Position numbers and translations under genes: made by a program | From: an uncultured Phycisphaerales bacterium | GTDB taxonomy: Bacteria > Planctomycetota > Phycisphaerae > Tepidisphaerales > Tepidisphaeraceae | NCBI GenBank assembly: GCA_963844715.1 | Contig: CAWJPJ010000008.1 | Coordinates: forward strand, 64,001 to 128,000 | Length of the DNA: 64,000 bases | Direction of reading: 5' to 3' | Shown here: piece by piece, positions 10,309 to 20,621 of the stretch | Layout of the letters: every line of letters begins with the position of its first letter | Position numbering within the stretch: position 1 is the stretch's first letter | Notes under the pieces: model-generated | Told to the model about the DNA's origin: nothing | Databases searched by the model: none | The model's input: the letters and a program-made list of their open reading frames with translations, nothing else

Positions 10309-10900
10309 CTAGCGAGCGTCCTGTTGGATATTCTGCGCGATAAAGTCCATCGCTTGCGCCAGCGTGTGAACCACGGCATCGGGTTCGACGCCGGTGTTCA
10401 CTTCCGTGGCGGGCGAGCGCGGCAACTCGGGATCAACAAACAGGATCGTGCGGCAGCCCACTTCCTGCCCCGCCTCCATGTCGCGCGGGGCGTCGCCGAT
10501 CATCCATGAAGCGGCCAGGTCAATCTCCATCGCCTTGGCGGCTCTTAGAAGCATTCCCGGCTTGGGCTTTCGCAGATTGCTGTCCTTGCGATATTTTTCC
10601 ACGACGGCCTGCGGATGAAACGGGCAATATTCGTGCTGATTGATGATGGCCTTGGGATTTTGGCGTGCGAGTAGTTCATCCATTTTACGATTGACGGCGA
10701 ACACGGCATCCTCGCCGAAGAGTCCGCGCGCACACCCCCGATTGGTTGCTCACCGTGACGACGAGAAAGCCGAGATCGCGCGCCCTTGCGACGGCATCGG
10801 CAGCGCCGTCGATCAGTTCGACGAGATTCGGGTCGCCGAGATAGCCGTCGCTGACGATAAGCGTGTTATCCCGGTCGAAGAAGATCTCGCGCTGGAGCAT
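10309..10900 (-). CDS. gmhB: D-glycero-D-manno-heptose bisphosphate phosphatase (HAD-IIIA), frameshift near 10735
   Basis: FFDRDNTL, VSNQSGV, YCPFHP, RKPKPGML, MIGDAPRD. Confidence 0.8.
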
Positions 10901-10909
10901 GCGCCGGGA

Positions 10910-12433
10910 TTATCGCCTTGCTAGAAGAATCCGCCAAGCAAGGCGGCGGCGGTTTGCTGGGTCAGGGAAAGGACAAAAACCCAGGGGAGGACGCCGAGCA
11001 GGACGATGCAGATGAGCAGGGGGATGAGGATCGCCAGTTCGCGCTGATCGAGATCGGGGTAGGGGGTGTGGGGCTGGCGCGGGTACCCGAGGAATATTTT
11101 GCCGTAAGCGCCCAGGCACGCGGCGGCGGTGATGAGGAAAGTGGAACAGGCGAGCAGGCCCGTCAGCCGCCAGCCAAAGTGCGCCCCACCGCCCGACCCC
11201 GGCGCTGAAGACGCCGATGAGGGTCAGAAGTTGCCCGACGAAGAGACAAAGTCCCGGCACGCCGATGGCCGCCAGCAGGGCGACGAAGCCGATCCCTGAC
11301 AAGGCGGGCATCTCCGCTCCGACGCCGCCGAAATTGGCGATTTCAGCATGGCCGGCCCGGCTTTCCAGAATATCGGCGGCAACAAGCAGGAGCGCGATGG
11401 CCAGCCTGCGCCGTCAACATGAAGATGGCCGCGCTCACGCCGGCGGAAGCGATGGCGAGCAGGACGTATCCCATCTGAACGACGGCGAGATCCGCGATCA
11501 TGGCTTTGAAATTTGCCCGGGTCAGGGCTCTCCCCGCGCCATAGAGAATGCTGAGCAATCCGAGCAGAACGATCAGCGGGCCCAAACCGCCCGCGACGTG
11601 AGGGAAAAGCGCCCAGGCGACGCGAATCAAGCCATACCCGCCCACGGTGGAGGCGGCGGCAAAAACAATCCCCAGGGCCGCGGGAGATTCGCAGTAAGTT
11701 TCCTCCGCCCAGAAATGCAACGGCACAATCGGCATCCGTGAAGCAAACGCGAGAAACGCCAACAGGAAAAGTGCCTTGCCTCCCCAGCCTTGCGGATATT
11801 GGCGGGCCAGCGCGATCAAGTCCCACGAATGGCAGCGGTCGTGCGCATCGAGCATGACGATGAGAAGGGCCAGCAGGGAAATGACAAACCAGAGGATGAA
11901 AACTTTTCCCGCCGCGGCGCGGCGCGATCGGCCCCACCAGCCGAGCAGAAAAAAAAATCAGCGGGAGCGTCAACACGGCGAATGCGAAAAAAAGCGCAGA
12001 AATCCAGGGCCAGAAAGCTGCCCAGGATCATCGTTTCAAGCAAAAGCAGGAGCGTGAAAAAACCCATCGGCCGCTCGATCATCCACGCGGCCCCGCTGGC
12101 GAGGGAAAAGAGCAGGGCGGTCAGAATCACCAGCGGCAGGCTGAGACCGTCAAGGCCGACGAGATACTGAGCGCCGATGGCCTGGATCCAATCGATGCGC
12201 TGCACGAGTTGGACGACGCCGCCGACGTCGCCGTAGGCGTACGGGCCGGCGGACCGCCAGTCGTAGATCGCGGGGATCGCCGGCAGCAGCGAGAGAAGAA
12301 AGACCGCGATGGCCGTTCCCAGCGCGATCCAGCGGATAACCGCCGGGTGGCGGACGATGAGAATCGCGATCGCGCCGGCGGTCGGCAGAAAAATGAGGAT
12401 CGACAGCAGATAGTGTTGGACGATCTCGATCAT
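10910..12433 (-). CDS. NuoM/ND4-like antiporter subunit (several frameshifts)
   Basis: LSILIFLP, YLVGLDGLSLPLVILT, MPIVPLHFW, IGVPGL across consecutive frames. Confidence 0.75.
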
Positions 12434-12459
12434 GAAAGGGCGGCCGCCGGATAATCTAA

Positions 12460-14461
12460 GTCAAGTTGCCGCTACCGGCCAGAGGCTCGGAGGGTGTCCG
12501 AAGCCCGGCGCAGCAATCCGACCAGGGGCGCCCCGGCTTGATGAGTTTCAACCTGGCCGCCCAGGCGGGCGATCTGGGCGGGCAGCGAGGCGATCACATC
12601 ATCCAGAAAAAGCCGGCGGCGCAGCAGCGTGTGCAGGAACCGGAGCGGCGGAAGCTTCAAAAGCAGATTGGCGGCGGTGAATCCGCGCAGATAAAGCACA
12701 AAACCGAGCAGCAGACCCAGGCCGAACGACCAGGGATAGACGGCGCGAAAAATTCGGGACGCGGCGTCGAGCTGCGCGTGGACCGTGTCGGTCGGGCGAG
12801 CTTCGTCCGTGTCGGCGCGCAAGTCCGTGTCCACCGGCCACGCTTCCAGGAAGCTCCCCGGCGCAGTGCACGGGATTGTCCTCTTGCGCATAACAATAAT
12901 TTTCCGTTTCGCTCACGGCTTGCGCGAGCATCGGCTTGATCTCCAGCAGGCGGCTGCCCCCGATGATGCTGAGCACTGCCAATGCCGCGACGGGGAGCCA
13001 GAGAATGGTGCGCGGGTCGGACGGAGCGTATTCCGCCATCGCGCGCGGCTTGCCCCAGAAAATGAGCATCCAGCAGCGCGTAATCGCCAGAGTCGCGGCG
13101 CCGGCGGCGAGCATGGGAAGGGCGAAGACAATCCAGCACCACCAGGCGTGATGTGCCTGCCACTGGGCAAGCGCGAACGCTCCGGCGTGCGTGAAGATCA
13201 TCTCCTGGCTGAAATACCCGCAAGTAAACGGCGCGCCGGACATCGCTAGGCCGCCAATGCCCATGGCGGTCGCAGTCAGGGGCCGCAGGCGGAGCAGTCC
13301 GCCGTATTGATTCAAATCGCCGCCGCCGTCGCTGGCGCGGGTCACATTCTCGGCGGACAGAAAAAGCAGCGATTTGAAAAAGATGTGCGAAAACAACTGG
13401 AAGAGCGCCCCGATCCAGCTCCCCAGCCCGAGGGCCAGAAAGAGCAGCCCCATTTGCGAAGTCGTGCCCCAGGCGAGGACCTGATCGACATCCGTTTGCA
13501 CGATGCCGATAAACGCCGAGATGCTCCAGGAGAGGAGCCCGGCGACAAGGATCAGGCTCAAAACGCCGTGGGTGAGGAGCGGGAATGTGCGGGCCAGGAG
13601 AATGGTTCCCGCCGCCGCCCCGGCGATGGTTTGCAAAAGAGCGGACGCCGCGTGCGGAGCATGGGCGGCGCTGGCTTGCCACCCTTGCAGCGGAAAGAGC
13701 CGGGATTTTCCGGCGGCGGAGATGAAAAGAAGCAGGCCGACGCCGACGCGCGTGAAATGCCCAATCGGCGCGGGCGGCGTCGCCCCGGCGCGGAGAAGCC
13801 GCGTCAAGTCGGAAAGAGTCAGGTTCCCCATCGTGTGCGTCAGGGTGATCAGCGCCAGAAGGAAGGCGATGTCGGCGGTTGCGCCGACGAGAAATGCGCG
13901 CAGAGCTTGCTGGCGGGCGAGGGGATCGTGTTTGTACGAATTCAATAAATACGCCGCGACGGAAATAAGCTCCCAGAAGATGAAAATTTGCAGCAGGCTC
14001 CCGCTGATCGCCAGGGCCAGCGAGGCGAAGGTGAGGAAATTCAGCACGGTGAAAAAGCGCGGGAAATCCTGATCGTCGGATTGCGAGCCGACGGCGTGCG
14101 CGTGAACCAGCAGAGCGACAAGCGAAACGGCGTTGAAGAGAGCGATGGTCAGGCTGTCCACGTAAATAACCAGATCGACGAATCCCGGATGGTCCTGGGC
14201 AATGCCTCTGCCGATGGGCAGCCATTTGAAGGAGATTTCGATCGGCTTGTCGCCGGGGCCCCAGGTGAGGCCGTAGAGTTGTCCGCCGTTGAACCAGGCG
14301 ATCATTCCCGCCAGGCTGCATGCGACGCTGGCGCCGACAAAGGCGGTAGCAACCCAACCGGCCAGCGGCCGCCCCATGCGCCGGCCGAGGATCGCCAGTA
14401 AAAGAAACGACGCCAGAGGCAGAAGCGTGGCGATGAGCAGAAGAAGGGCCGCCGTGGGCAT
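12460..14461 (-). CDS. NuoL/ND5-like antiporter subunit (frameshift near 12890, end approximate)
   Basis: FPRFF, IFIFWELI, AGKS..FPLQGW, SQMG, HIFFKSLLFLSA, GYFSQE. Confidence 0.8.
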
Positions 14462-14470
14462 GGGGAAGGG

Positions 14471-14800
14471 TTATTCCAACAGCGCGTCGATCTTGGCCGC
14501 GCTGATGAAATCGTTTTCGGTTAACCCCCCGGCCGAATGCGTGCTGAAGCGCACCTTGCAGCGGTTGTATCCAACCTCCATGTCGGGATGATGATCTTCG
14601 CGATGCGCCACCCATGCGACGGCGTTCACGAACGCCATCGTGTGATGGTAATTCTCAAACTTGAATGTCCGGGCGATCTCCTTGCCCTGGCGATCCCAAT
14701 CCGGGACCTCGTCCAGGAGCAGCGAAACCTGCGCGTCGGTGAGCGCCGGCGTGCCCGGCGCACAAGCCTTGCAATGCTTTTCCAGGAGCGGCGATTTCAT
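14471..14800 (-). CDS. phhB: Pterin-4a-carbinolamine dehydratase
   Basis: EDHHPDM, FSTHSAGGLTENDFISAAKID. Confidence 0.9.
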   Translation of the reverse strand: MKSPLLEKHCKACAPGTPALTDAQVSLLLDEVPDWDRQGKEIARTFKFENYHHTMAFVNAVAWVAHREDHHPDMEVGYNRCKVRFSTHSAGGLTENDFISAAKIDALLE

Positions 14801-14806
14801 GGGCGG

Positions 14807-15305
14807 CTATTCTACCACCGATGGCCGTATCTGGCGAGAGCGCTTCATAAAGGGCGATTCCGACGGCCGTCGAGAGGTTCAAACATCGCTCCCCCGAGAT
14901 CTGCGGAATCCGCACGGTTCGGTCGGCATGGGCCGAGAGGAAATCCCTGGGGATGCCGACCGTTTCGCTCCCGAAAATGAGCCAGTCCGTCGGGGCAAAT
15001 CGCGCGTCCCAAAGCGATTTTTCGGCCTTGCTGGAAAAGAGCCGGAAGTTCTCGCCGCTTTGCTCGACGGCCCGGAAGAACGAGGCGTCATCGTCGTGAA
15101 GGGTGAGCTTGAGCCGGTCCCAATAATCCATCGCGCTGCGGCGGAGATTTTTGTCGCTCAGCACAAATCCAAAGGGGCGCACGAGATGCAGATGCGTTCC
15201 CGTGGCCACGCACGATCGGGCGACGTTCCCCGTGTTCGGCGCAATCTGCGGATGGATCAGGGCCAGGTTCAGACGGTGGGGCAGAATGTGCGATTCGGCA
15301 GTCAT
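14807..15305 (-). CDS. trmL: tRNA (cytidine/uridine 34-2'-O)-methyltransferase (3' indel)
   Basis: PQIAPNTGNVARSC, LRRSAMDYW, FGSETVG, RCLNLSTAV. Confidence 0.9.
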
Positions 15306-15331
15306 GCCAGCTTGGGAGTATACTTTCGCGC

Positions 15332-16459
15332 ATGACCGATCGCGCCGAATATCTTTCCGGCGTCCGTACCGTCGTCGTCAAGCTGGGCACCCAATTGCTC
15401 AGCGACAAAAACGGGCGGCTGGACGCGGCGTTCGTCGCCTCCATCGCGGCGCAACTGGCGAAAATCCGCGCTGGCGGATTGCGCGTGGCCGTCGTCAGTT
15501 CCGGGGCGATCGGGTCGGGATTGGGCGAACTGGGTCTGGCCAAGCGCCCCGCCGATCTGGCGGCATTGCAGGCGGTGGCGGCGATCGGGCAGCGGCGGCT
15601 CATGGACGTCTGGGCCGACGCGTTTGAACCCCACAAATTGCACGTCGCCCAGCTCCTCCTCACCCGCCAGGATATCGACGATCGGTCGCGATTCTTGAAT
15701 CTGCGGAACACCATCCTGGCCGTGCACGAGTTGGGGGGAATCCCGATCATCAACGAGAACGACACCGTGAGCACCGCCGAGCTGGAAAAAATATCCTTCG
15801 GCGACAACGACATCCTCGCGGCCATGGTGGCGCACGCCTTGCGCGCCGATCTGCTGGTGCTGCTGACGGTCGTCGACGGCGTGCTCGATTCGGACGGCAA
15901 GCCGGTCCGGATGGCCGGCAGCGTCGATGACGTTCGCAAACATGTTCGCGACGAAAAATCGGCGCTGGGTCGCGGCGGGATGGATTCGAAATTGCAGGCC
16001 GCGCAGATGGTCACCGACACCGGGGAGATGATGCTGGTCGCCGACGGGCGGATGCCGGATTTGTTTTCACGCCTGCTGGCGGGGGAGGAGATCGGAACTC
16101 TCTTTGCCCCGGCGGGAAAGAAGCGCTCCAGCCGCAGCCGCTGGATCGGGTCGCTGCGACTCAGCGGCATGCTCGTCGTGGACGACGGGGCGCGCAAGGC
16201 GCTGGTCGACCAGAATAAGAGTCTTTTGCCGGCGGGAATCGTGCGTGTCGAAGGGATATTTTCGCGCGGCGACCCCGTCGGAATCGCCGGTGCGGACGGC
16301 GCGCTCATCGGCCGCGGTTTGAGCAATTATTCATCCGAGGACATGGATCGAATCAAGGGAAAAAAGAGCCAGCAAATCCGACAAATGCTCCAGGAAGGGG
16401 CCTACGATGAGGCAGTGCATCGCGATAATCTGGTCCTGGAGCGGGTGAATCAAGCGTAA
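15332..16459 (+). CDS. proB: Glutamate 5-kinase with PUA domain
   Basis: VVVKLGT, VSSGAI, PIINENDTV, FGDNDIL, GGMDSKL, HRDNL. Confidence 0.95.
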   Translation: MTDRAEYLSGVRTVVVKLGTQLLSDKNGRLDAAFVASIAAQLAKIRAGGLRVAVVSSGAIGSGLGELGLAKRPADLAALQAVAAIGQRRLMDVWADAFEPHKLHVAQLLLTRQDIDDRSRFLNLRNTILAVHELGGIPIINENDTVSTAELEKISFGDNDILAAMVAHALRADLLVLLTVVDGVLDSDGKPVRMAGSVDDVRKHVRDEKSALGRGGMDSKLQAAQMVTDTGEMMLVADGRMPDLFSRLLAGEEIGTLFAPAGKKRSSRSRWIGSLRLSGMLVVDDGARKALVDQNKSLLPAGIVRVEGIFSRGDPVGIAGADGALIGRGLSNYSSEDMDRIKGKKSQQIRQMLQEGAYDEAVHRDNLVLERVNQA

Positions 16460-16595
16460 GCGGCTGTTTTATCAAGACGTTATTCACTTGCAGAATTTGG
16501 GCCGGATTCACGCGTTTAATGGGTGAAGGACCTAACTCACCGGACTGATAAGTGTCTGGTAAGTTGGAGAAGAAGAAACAAAAAAGGAGAAGGCC

Positions 16596-17060
16596 ATGAA
16601 ACGCCTCATGTTGATTCCGGTTGCCGCTCTGGTGCTTGGGCTTTTGCCCAGCATTGCGTCGGCTGGATCGTTTGTCGGTGTTGGGCTCGGTTACGGCGGG
16701 ATCGGCTTCGGTTATCGCAATCACGGCTGGGGTTTCGGCCTCTCGCTGCCGATCGGCGGGTATTACGGCGGCGGCTACTATGGCGGCGGCGGCTACTACG
16801 GCGGAGGCGGCTACTACGCCGCGCCGGCGTATTACGCCCCACCCGCCTATTACTCGGCGCCCGGCTATGCCTATGCCGCCCCTGGGTATTACGCCCCGCC
16901 CGCTTACTATGCCTCGCCCGCCTATTACCCGACTCCGTATTATGCCCCCGGATACGTTTCGATCTACTACGGCGGAGGATTCCGCGGCGGGTATGGCTGG
17001 GGCGGCAGAGGATACTACTACGGCAGAGGCGGCTGGGGTGGTTATCACTACCACCACTAA
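16596..17060 (+). CDS. Secreted Gly/Tyr/Pro-rich low-complexity protein
   Basis: SD-like aaggagaagg, signal peptide, YYGGG and YYAPPA repeats, downstream terminator. Confidence 0.85.
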   Translation: MKRLMLIPVAALVLGLLPSIASAGSFVGVGLGYGGIGFGYRNHGWGFGLSLPIGGYYGGGYYGGGGYYGGGGYYAAPAYYAPPAYYSAPGYAYAAPGYYAPPAYYASPAYYPTPYYAPGYVSIYYGGGFRGGYGWGGRGYYYGRGGWGGYHYHH

Positions 17061-17082
17061 GTGACCCGTTTCATGGCGGCCC

Positions 17083-18046
17083 TCAAGCCCGCGGAATTTC
17101 CGCGGGCTTCTTTTTTTCGGCAGCCTCTCCAAATCCCAGCCGCTGCCGCACGACATACAATGGCCGCTGCTTCACCTCTTCGTAAATGCGCCCGATGTAT
17201 TCGCCCAGAATTCCCACCGAGATGAGTTGAATCCCGCCCAGGAAGAAGACCGAGAGGATGATCGTCGTGAACCCGGTGTATTCCTTTTTCTCGGTGAAGA
17301 AGGTGATGAAGTAATAAATCGCCAGGATGAAGGCGATGGCCGAGGTGGCGAATCCGAACCAGGTGGCCACGCGAAGGGGCTTGTTGCTGAAGCTGACCAT
17401 CCCGTCCATCGCGTAGCGGATGAGGCGCGCGCAGCGTCTGCTTGGGTTTCCCCGCCGCGCGATCGACGCGATCGTAAAGCACGCTGGTCTGGCGAAACCC
17501 CAGCCAGCTTCGCAGTCCGGGAATGAAGCGATTGCGCTCTGGGAGTTTGTTGAATTCATCCACGACCGAGCGGTCCATCAGCCCGAAGATTCCCGCGTCC
17601 GGAGCATTAGGAAGATCGGTGATGGCGCGAAGGAGCGGATAAAACAAACGAAACCCGATCCCGCGCGCCCCCGTTCGCTGCGGCTGGTCCGCTCGCCGAG
17701 CACAACCTGAAACCCCTCGCGCCATTTGCCGATCATCTGCGGAATAATCTCCGGCGGGTCCTGAAGATCCCCGTCGATCAGCACCACGCAATCCCCCGAG
17801 GCAAAATGAATCCCCGCCGTTACCGCCGGCTGATGCCCAAAATTCCGCGAGAGAATCACCACCTTGATCCGCGCATCCTGCTCGGCAAACTCGCGCAAAA
17901 TCCTCGGCGACTCGTCCCGGCTCCCGTCGTCAACCAGGATCATCTCCCACCCCTCCCCCGAGTTCTGCATCGCGTCCGTGATGCGCTGCCGAAGCTGCGC
18001 TCAGCATCTCCTGCTCATTGAAGATCGGAATAACAATCGAAACCAT
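17083..18046 (-). CDS. GT2 polyprenol-phosphate glycosyltransferase (GtrB-like), frameshifted
   Basis: MVSIVIPIFNE, VDDGSRD, SRNFGHQ, IDGDLQDPPE, GILGEYIGRIYEEVKQRPLY. Confidence 0.88.
17085..17117 (+). terminator. Rho-independent terminator
   Basis: aagcccgcgga-att-tccgcgggctt followed by c and T7. Confidence 0.8.
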
Positions 18047-18110
18047 CCGGCGCGGAATCTTACCTCCCCCGGGCGAGATTGGAAAAACTCGCGACGAAGA
18101 GAAAATGCGA

Positions 18111-18203
18111 ACACAGAGCACACAGAGCCACACAGAGGGCACAGAGTAGAAAGTAAAAAAAGCTATTTCTCTGCGCCCTCTGTGCTCTCTGTGTCCTCTG
18201 TGT
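18111..18203. repeat. CACAGAG-type inverted repeat, copy 2
   Basis: acacagagcacagagccacacagagggcacagag ... ctctgcgccctctgtgctctctgtgtcctctgtgt. Confidence 0.85.
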
Positions 18204-18263
18204 CAGTTCTTTTGAATTCAATTGAGATTGCAATTCGCCTCGAATCGCCCCACAATTCCATCC

Positions 18264-18842
18264 ATGGCGGACATGATCAAAGCCTACATCGAGCGCCACG
18301 CCGCGGCCGCGCAGAAGGTCGCCGACGAACTCGCCCCGCAAATCCAGCGGGTCGGGCAAATCCTTTGCGACGCGTTCGGGTCCGGGAAAAAAGTGCTCAC
18401 CTTCGGCAACGGCGGTAGCGCCGCCGATTCGCAGCACCTGGCCGAGGAGATGATCGGCCGCTACGAGCGCAACCGCCGCCCGCTGCCCGCCGTCGCGCTC
18501 ACCTCCGACGGCACCGCCCTCACCTGCATCTCCAACGACTACGGCTTCGACGAAATCTTCGCCCGCCAGGTCGAGGCCCTCGCGAACTCGGGCGACGTCC
18601 TCATCGGCCTCAGCACCTCCGGCAATTCCGCCAATGTCCTAAAGGCCCTGCAAGCAGGAAAGAAAAAGAACGCCATCACCGTGGCCCTCCTGGGCCGCGG
18701 CGGCGGAAAAATCGCCGGCCAGGCGGATCATTCCCTAATCGTTCCCCACGCCAAAACCGCCAACGAAGTCCAGGAGATGCACGTCATGATCGTCCATCTG
18801 CTCTGTGAAATAGTCGATCGCTGGGCGGCTGGGGAGAAGTAA
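18264..18842 (+). CDS. gmhA: D-sedoheptulose 7-phosphate isomerase
   Basis: FGNGGSAADSQH, SNDYGFDEIFARQ, STSGNSANV, QEMH. Confidence 0.93.
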   Translation: MADMIKAYIERHAAAAQKVADELAPQIQRVGQILCDAFGSGKKVLTFGNGGSAADSQHLAEEMIGRYERNRRPLPAVALTSDGTALTCISNDYGFDEIFARQVEALANSGDVLIGLSTSGNSANVLKALQAGKKKNAITVALLGRGGGKIAGQADHSLIVPHAKTANEVQEMHVMIVHLLCEIVDRWAAGEK

Positions 18843-19115
18843 GAACCCTCTAGTCCAGATCCACTTCCACGTCGGGAAACTTTTTGAAATCCCCGTCGAA
18901 AGTTGCGACGGCGATCTTTTCGGCGGCGGCATAGGCCGCGACGACGCAATCGACAAAATGCACTTTCCCGGCGCCGTAGCGATCCAGCGCGTTCAGTTGG
19001 ATGTCGAGATCGGCCAGTTCGACGCCGGGGCTGGAAATCAATTGGCCGAGGGTTTGACTGATTTGCTCGCGAGGGCTGCGGTAAAACGATTCAAGCACAA
19101 AAACGCATTCGGCTA

Positions 19116-20141
19116 GAGCATTTCCCATTTTAAACTAGCGCCATCGATGCTGTTTTGCTAATCTCCGATTCAACAAGGAGGTTGCCATGGCATCGCAAAC
19201 CGCTCTGACCCGTCGATGGATCATGTCGGCGTATCGTGCCGGCAAAGGCACGAAGGAGATTTCCGCGATCTTCGGCCGATGCGAGTCGGCCGTCCGCCGC
19301 GTGCGACAGGATGAACGTGAACGGGGGACGGCCGAACCGCTGCTTCATCTTCGTGGCCGCAAGGGGAAGTTGACCGGCGAGTTGAAGACTCGTTTGAGTC
19401 GGTTCGTGGCCGCCCGGCCGGATGCCACGCTCAACGAGATCAAAGAGAAGTTGGCGCTGGACGTGTCGCTGTCGACGGTCGACCGTTGGCTCAGGAAGCT
19501 GGGCCTCTCCTTTAAAAAAAGTCTCTCCACGCGTCCGAGCAGGATCGGCCCGACGTCGCCGCCGCGCGGACGCAGTGGCGTCGGCGGCTGAAGGACGTCG
19601 ATCCCGAGCGTCTTGTTTTTGTGGATGAATCCGGGGCCAAGACGAACTTCACCCGATTGCGTGGCCGGTGCGGCCGCGGCGAACGGTTGTTGTGCAAGAC
19701 CCCGGCCGGACACTGGAGCACGACCACCATGATCGCCGCGGTTCGGCTCGACGGCGCGACCGCCGGCGCGATTGTTCAAGGGGCGATGGACAGCGATGTT
19801 TTTGTCGCCTGGGTGCGTGAAGCGCTCGTGCCCAGCCTGCGAAGCGGGGACATCGTGGTGATGGACAATTTGCAGCCGCACAAACATTCAGAAGTGCGAC
19901 GCCTGATCGAAGCCGCCGGCTGCGAACTGTGGTTGCTGCCACCCTACTCGCCGGATTTGAATCCGATCGAGATGATGTGGAGCAAAGCGAAGCAACTGAT
20001 CCGCTCGGCGGAGCCCAGAACGTTCGACACCTTGGTCCGGGCTGTGTTCGCGGCAATGGACGCCGTTACGACCGAAGATGCCGCGGGATTTTTCCGCCAT
20101 TGCGGTTACCGCCAGCCGCTAGTTTAATTTGGGAAATGCTC
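19116..20141 (+). mobile_element. IS630-family insertion sequence
   Basis: Terminal IRs GAGCATTTCCCAttTTAAACTAGCG / CGCTAGTTTAAttTGGGAAATGCTC; TA duplication at 19114-15 and 20142-43. Confidence 0.95.
19187..20127 (+). CDS. IS630 transposase, -1 frameshift at the A7G run 19514-19521
   Basis: HTH orfA ending LSFKK; orfB VFVDESG, VVMDN, LPPYSPDLNPIE. Confidence 0.93.
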
Positions 20142-20272
20142 TAGGACTGCAGGGAGGACGACAAGCTCCAGTTCCCCCCGGTCGCACGCCGCAAACAACC
20201 GGGCGGCAATCTGGGCATTATCCTGAGTCAGGTGGCGGATGATCAGGTTAGTGTCCAGAACCCGCCGGGCGC

Positions 20273-20525
20273 TCATCGCTTCCCCATCCGCCGCAACGCG
20301 GTCTTCGCTGCCGCCTCGCGAATCTGCGCGAAATTAAGCGACTTTCCCTTGTTACTGGCCAAGGCGCCGGCCAATGATTGAGTGCCCGGATGTACCCGGA
20401 TAATGGCGTGATCGCCTTCGACGGCGAACTCAAGCTTGTCTCCGGGCTTGATGTTCAGCGCAGTCCCTGACTTCACCGGGGATGGTCGTTTGGCCTTTGC
20501 TGGTGACCGTTGAATGCAGGGTCAT
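20273..20525 (-). CDS. AbrB/MazE-type antitoxin (one indel)
   Basis: MTLHSTVTSKGQTTIP...ALNIKPGDKLEF; ATGA overlap with vapC. Confidence 0.85.
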
Positions 20526-20621
20526 GGATTCCTTACTTTATAAATATGCCTTACATTATGATTATGCCTTACAATCTATCGGGTGGCAAGCCCAATTCCT
20601 TAAGCATTCTATCTTGCCGTT

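Larger units (their letters stand above)
18850..20276 (-). pseudogene. vapC: PIN-domain (VapC) toxin interrupted by IS630
   Basis: 5' part MSARRVLDTNLIIRHLTQD...LPAV (20276-20144) joins LAECVFVLESFY...FVDC...TFD in frame when the IS and one TA are removed. Confidence 0.9.

Noticed and set aside
12657..14615. Long alternative-frame and antisense ORFs (also 1538-2746, 15088-16326, 30258-31628, 55584-56909, 57150-58460)
   Set aside because: Shadow ORFs of GC-rich genes overlapping well-supported CDSs, with no recognisable motifs.
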